Of a stretch of 64,000 nucleotides of DNA, positions 60,952-64,000 are shown in pieces. This DNA is from Alphaproteobacteria bacterium (lineage in GTDB: Bacteria; Pseudomonadota; Alphaproteobacteria; UBA2966). The notes under the pieces are model-generated. The model searched no databases and had not been told where the DNA came from. It was given only the letters and a program-made list of their open reading frames with translations. The stretch is from positions 2,080,001 through 2,144,000 of the forward strand of contig OZ219856.1 in the NCBI GenBank assembly GCA_964291395.2, written 5' to 3'. Each line of letters begins with the position of its first letter. Position 1 is the stretch's first letter. The position numbers and the translations under genes are program-made.

Positions 60952-62304
60952 TCAGGTTTCGGGGATTTCCGAGATCTCCCGCAACCGGGCCTCGATGTGT
61001 GAAATCCTCTCGGCGGAGGGGACCTCATGCCCCGAGAGAATGGCGTCGAGGACCCGACGCCCAACGTCCGCCAACAACTCCCGGTCGTCGACGCCGTCTT
61101 TGGGCGGCACGTACAGCACCGTGTCGTGCGACACCGTTGGAATGGGGCCGCCATCGGCGACACGACCACCCGGAAACCTGGGATGCTGCAACTTGCCTTC
61201 GATCGCTCGCGTGAACATGCGACGTATCATGGCCACTCCCACATCCGACGCGCCAAGATGCTCCATCCTATGGTTGGCGATCGGGCGTTGGCTCATTTGA
61301 GCTTCCCAGTCGCCCGGATTGCGCTGGGCCTCTTCGTACCTTCGATTACCCGTCTGGCCGACGAAATCGACGCTGTCATGTCCGCAGAGAGATTCGTCGC
61401 CCAAGTGCTCCGGATCGACGATGTCGTTGAAGTGGCGCCAGCCAAAGAACCAAGTTCCGGTATCGTCTTCCGGCACGGTCCAGCGGCTCAAGCTGACCCG
61501 CCCGAAATACTTCTCGCGATGGCCGTACTCCCAAAGGGCGCCGGTTTGGGCAAAGTTCGGAAACACCATCTCCGCGCTGCGCACCCAGATCATGCCGTCG
61601 AGCCGCCGGGCCGTGATGTAGTACGCCCCCTTGTCGGACTCGCGGAATTCGAGGGTCGGCATCTCGAGCCACGCCTCGTTGAAATGCTGCTCTCCCACGC
61701 GGCCGTGCAGGAACACCGCGTGCACGGGATCGATACCGTTCTCATGAACCTGCAACCAGTTGCAGGGCGTGTGCGTCGAATACGGCACGAGTTTGTTGCC
61801 CGGCAACTCGAACACATCGTAGACGGGAAAATCCGGCATTTCGCCGGGCGGACCCATGTAGGCAAAGATCAGGCCCTTGTACTCCATCGCCGGGTAGGCG
61901 CCGTGGACGAAACTGTCCTTCAGCTTGGAGTCGGGTGGCTCACCCGGCGTTTCCAGAATCCGGCCGTCGACGTCGAACAGCCAGCCGTGATAACAGCAAC
62001 GGATGCCGCGCTCGCTCGGGATGCCGTACTCGAGGGACGTGCCCCGGTGACTGCAGTGCCGATGGAGGACGCCCACATTGTCGGACTTGTCGCGGAAGAC
62101 GACGAGATCCTCGCCCATGATACGGACGGCAACGGGCAAGTCCCGGACCTGCGATGACAAGGCGACCGGATTCCAGTGCCGCCTGAAATATTCGCCGAGC
62201 GGCGTATCCGGCCCGGTATGCGCCAGCTCCCAGTCGTCCTCGGGCACGTTGCGTACGTGGTAGCCGCCGTAGGGCTGCCTGGTCTCGGTCGCCTGAACTG
62301 ACAT
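60952..62304 (-). CDS. Rieske oxygenase, phthalate-dioxygenase-like family (copy 2)
   Basis: HCSHRGTSLEYG, CCYHGW, ENGIDPVHAVFLH; paralog of 31961..33361. Confidence 0.92.
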   Translation of the reverse strand: MSVQATETRQPYGGYHVRNVPEDDWELAHTGPDTPLGEYFRRHWNPVALSSQVRDLPVAVRIMGEDLVVFRDKSDNVGVLHRHCSHRGTSLEYGIPSERGIRCCYHGWLFDVDGRILETPGEPPDSKLKDSFVHGAYPAMEYKGLIFAYMGPPGEMPDFPVYDVFELPGNKLVPYSTHTPCNWLQVHENGIDPVHAVFLHGRVGEQHFNEAWLEMPTLEFRESDKGAYYITARRLDGMIWVRSAEMVFPNFAQTGALWEYGHREKYFGRVSLSRWTVPEDDTGTWFFGWRHFNDIVDPEHLGDESLCGHDSVDFVGQTGNRRYEEAQRNPGDWEAQMSQRPIANHRMEHLGASDVGVAMIRRMFTRAIEGKLQHPRFPGGRVADGGPIPTVSHDTVLYVPPKDGVDDRELLADVGRRVLDAILSGHEVPSAERISHIEARLREISEIPET

Positions 62305-62516
62305 TCCCTGGTCCCCTCACTGGCGCGAGCGACGGCCCGCGCCCGGCGGTCGAGGTTCAGGCCGCGCCGGTCGGAGCCCGAACCCACTGGAGCATAATAC
62401 TGCTTTATGTGACTTGGGACGCGGCCCCGGTAGATATGCCCACCACCTCTCTTGAATGCCGTGTCAGAGTAAAGGAATGGACCCGTTCGGGCCAATAGAT
62501 ACTGATTGGTCTTTTG

Positions 62517-62531
62517 ATAAATACAAGTTAT
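62517..62531. promoter_or_regulatory. LysR binding box ATAA-N7-TTAT
   Basis: T-N11-A dyad just upstream of the divergent LysR gene. Confidence 0.6.
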
Positions 62532-62540
62532 GATCACTCG

Positions 62541-63425
62541 ATGGCGCGCAAACTCCCGCCCCTCTATCCGCTGCGCACCTTCGAGGCGGCGGCACGCCAC
62601 CTCAACTTCACGAGGGCCGCAGAGGAATTGAGCCTCTCCCAGGCGGCGGTCAGCCAGCAGGTCAGATCACTGGAAGAATATCTGCAGACGCCGCTGTTCG
62701 TTCGGCGCGGCCGGCGGCTCGACCTGACCGAGGACGGACAAGGCTTGCTGCCGACCGTCCGCCGCGCGTTCGACGACATCGCTTCGGCGGTGGAGGCGTT
62801 GTCCGCGGCACGGCGCGGAGACCGCGTGAGTGTCGCGCTCGCGCCCCATTTCGCCGCCGCTTGGCTGACGCCTCGACTGGCCGGTTTCCTGGAGAGCAAT
62901 CCGGACATCGAGCTCAGGCTCATCCAGAGAATTCAAGATGTCGACTATGCCCGCGAGGGCATCGACCTGTCGGTCCGGTTCGGCGAAGCCCGGGACTGGC
63001 CCCGGCACGAAACCGAGCACCTCCTGAGCGCGCCCCTGACCCCGGTCTGCAGCCCCCAGTTGGCGGCGGCGTCGGGCGGCGTCAATGCGCCCGAGGACCT
63101 CGGCCGCTTCGTGCTCCTCGACGTGCCGAGATACAACCTCTGGGGCCAATGGACCAGGGCAACCGGCCGTGATCTGAATCTGCACGGTGGAACCCTGATC
63201 GACGACTACAACGTGCTGCTGCGCGCCGCCGTCGACGGCCAGGGCGTCGCCCTGGGCATCAAGGGGTTGATCGACGAATATCTGGAGTCGGGACGGCTGG
63301 TGCAGCCGTTCGAGGACTTCCACGAAACCGGCCTCGCCTATTTTCTGGTGTATCCCCGCAACGCGCTCCGCCGCCGGGAAGTCATCGCCTTCTACGACTG
63401 GTTGCGCGCGGCGGCGGCGGATTGA
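62541..63425 (+). CDS. LysR-family regulator (GcvA-like)
   Basis: RKLPPL..LRTFEAAARHLNFTRAAEEL, QAAVSQQV, PBP2 GcvA-like domain. Confidence 0.94.
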   Translation: MARKLPPLYPLRTFEAAARHLNFTRAAEELSLSQAAVSQQVRSLEEYLQTPLFVRRGRRLDLTEDGQGLLPTVRRAFDDIASAVEALSAARRGDRVSVALAPHFAAAWLTPRLAGFLESNPDIELRLIQRIQDVDYAREGIDLSVRFGEARDWPRHETEHLLSAPLTPVCSPQLAAASGGVNAPEDLGRFVLLDVPRYNLWGQWTRATGRDLNLHGGTLIDDYNVLLRAAVDGQGVALGIKGLIDEYLESGRLVQPFEDFHETGLAYFLVYPRNALRRREVIAFYDWLRAAAAD

Positions 63426-63449
63426 GCCCGGGAGCGGGTTTCCCGGCGG

Positions 63450-63540
63450 CGATTCATCCCCGCGTGGGCGGGGAACATACTTCCTGTAGTCCGTTGATTT
63501 ATGGCGCGGATTGACGACGCGCAATCGCTACCGACAGTTT
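63450..63540 (-). CRISPR. Orphan type I-E CRISPR leader plus a single 29-bp repeat (no array)
   Basis: Minus-strand ATGTTCCCCGCCCACGCGGGGATGAATCG (63478-63450) preceded by IHF-like AATCAACGGACTA and TCGGTAG leader motifs. Confidence 0.75.
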
Positions 63541-63713
63541 CGGGCTTTGGGCCACCGTGTTCAGTGCTCCGTCGGCATCGGCGCAATGGGCGGACTTCGT
63601 CTCCTACTGAACTCCGCAGCTGCATGCGTCTCGGGGCAGGCCGGCGCACTGGGGGCAGGGATCGGGCCCGGGGGTGTGTCCGATTGTCTGTGTAAGCGGC
63701 GCCATGGGCGTTG

Positions 63714-63749
63714 CGCTTTCCGGCCTCAGCGCGCTGAGGCCGGAAAGCG
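63714..63749. repeat. Perfect 36-bp palindrome
   Basis: CGCTTTCCGGCCTCAGCG|CGCTGAGGCCGGAAAGCG. Confidence 0.9.
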
Positions 63750-63860
63750 ATCTTCGAACAGGATCGCAAACTGCCCCATCGCGGCGGTCAGCGAGAACAG
63801 CGCGCCCGAGTACACCGGCTCCGGCGGTGCCAGGCGACTGGCTACCGACAGGGCGGGCCG

Positions 63861-64000
63861 TCAGGCCCGGTTGTGCCGTCCCCGCCGACGCCGCAGCCAC
63901 GCCTCCTGAGCCCGCAGGTCAGCGACGAGCACGGCATCGATCTCAGCGTTGATGTCCTCGCGTTGCCGATCCAGCTCCGCCCGCACGGCCGGATCGGACG
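63861..64000 (-). CDS. 3' end of an unidentified gene entering from the right edge
   Basis: Open frame ...SDPAVRAELDRQREDINAEIDAVLVADLRAQEAWLRRRRGRHNRA* with plausible codon usage. Confidence 0.45.
   Translation of the reverse strand, partial: SDPAVRAELDRQREDINAEIDAVLVADLRAQEAWLRRRRGRHNRA

Noticed and set aside
63426-63540. Functional CRISPR array
   Set aside because: Only one repeat and no spacer-repeat unit; reported as an orphan leader-repeat instead

Overview
GC-rich alphaproteobacterial chromosome segment (Rhodospirillales-like, inferred from gene order, a one-Cys DksA and a GAAC-N7-GTAC LexA box). A housekeeping backbone (bamB-like, guaA/guaB, rlmE, ppx, tRNA-Gln, pssA/psd, ATM1-like ABC, LysM, LOG, icd, alaS, recA, dksA) is interrupted by accessory blocks. 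These are: (i) a tRNA-Gln-adjacent islet with inositol-3-phosphate synthase, a decayed inositol-phosphate cytidylyltransferase and a glycosyltransferase; (ii) MMPL and RND transporters, paired deacetylases and an RpoH paralog; (iii) a ~13 kb island with two TA modules, Fic, three Rieske oxygenases and an ATPase-less ABC importer; (iv) a right-hand block with a PptH-like hydrolase/PPTase pair, DASS/USP, split UxaA/SuyAB-like genes and a second paralogous Rieske-ABC-LysR cluster. The most unusual signals are an orphan type I-E CRISPR leader with one repeat, the mycobacterial-style PptH-PPTase pair, a 5-residue insertion in a conserved RecA motif, a 124-bp exact duplication between dksA and recA, and duplicated reductase-less, ATPase-less Rieske/ABC modules. 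All product calls come from recognising motifs by eye; no database searches were run.
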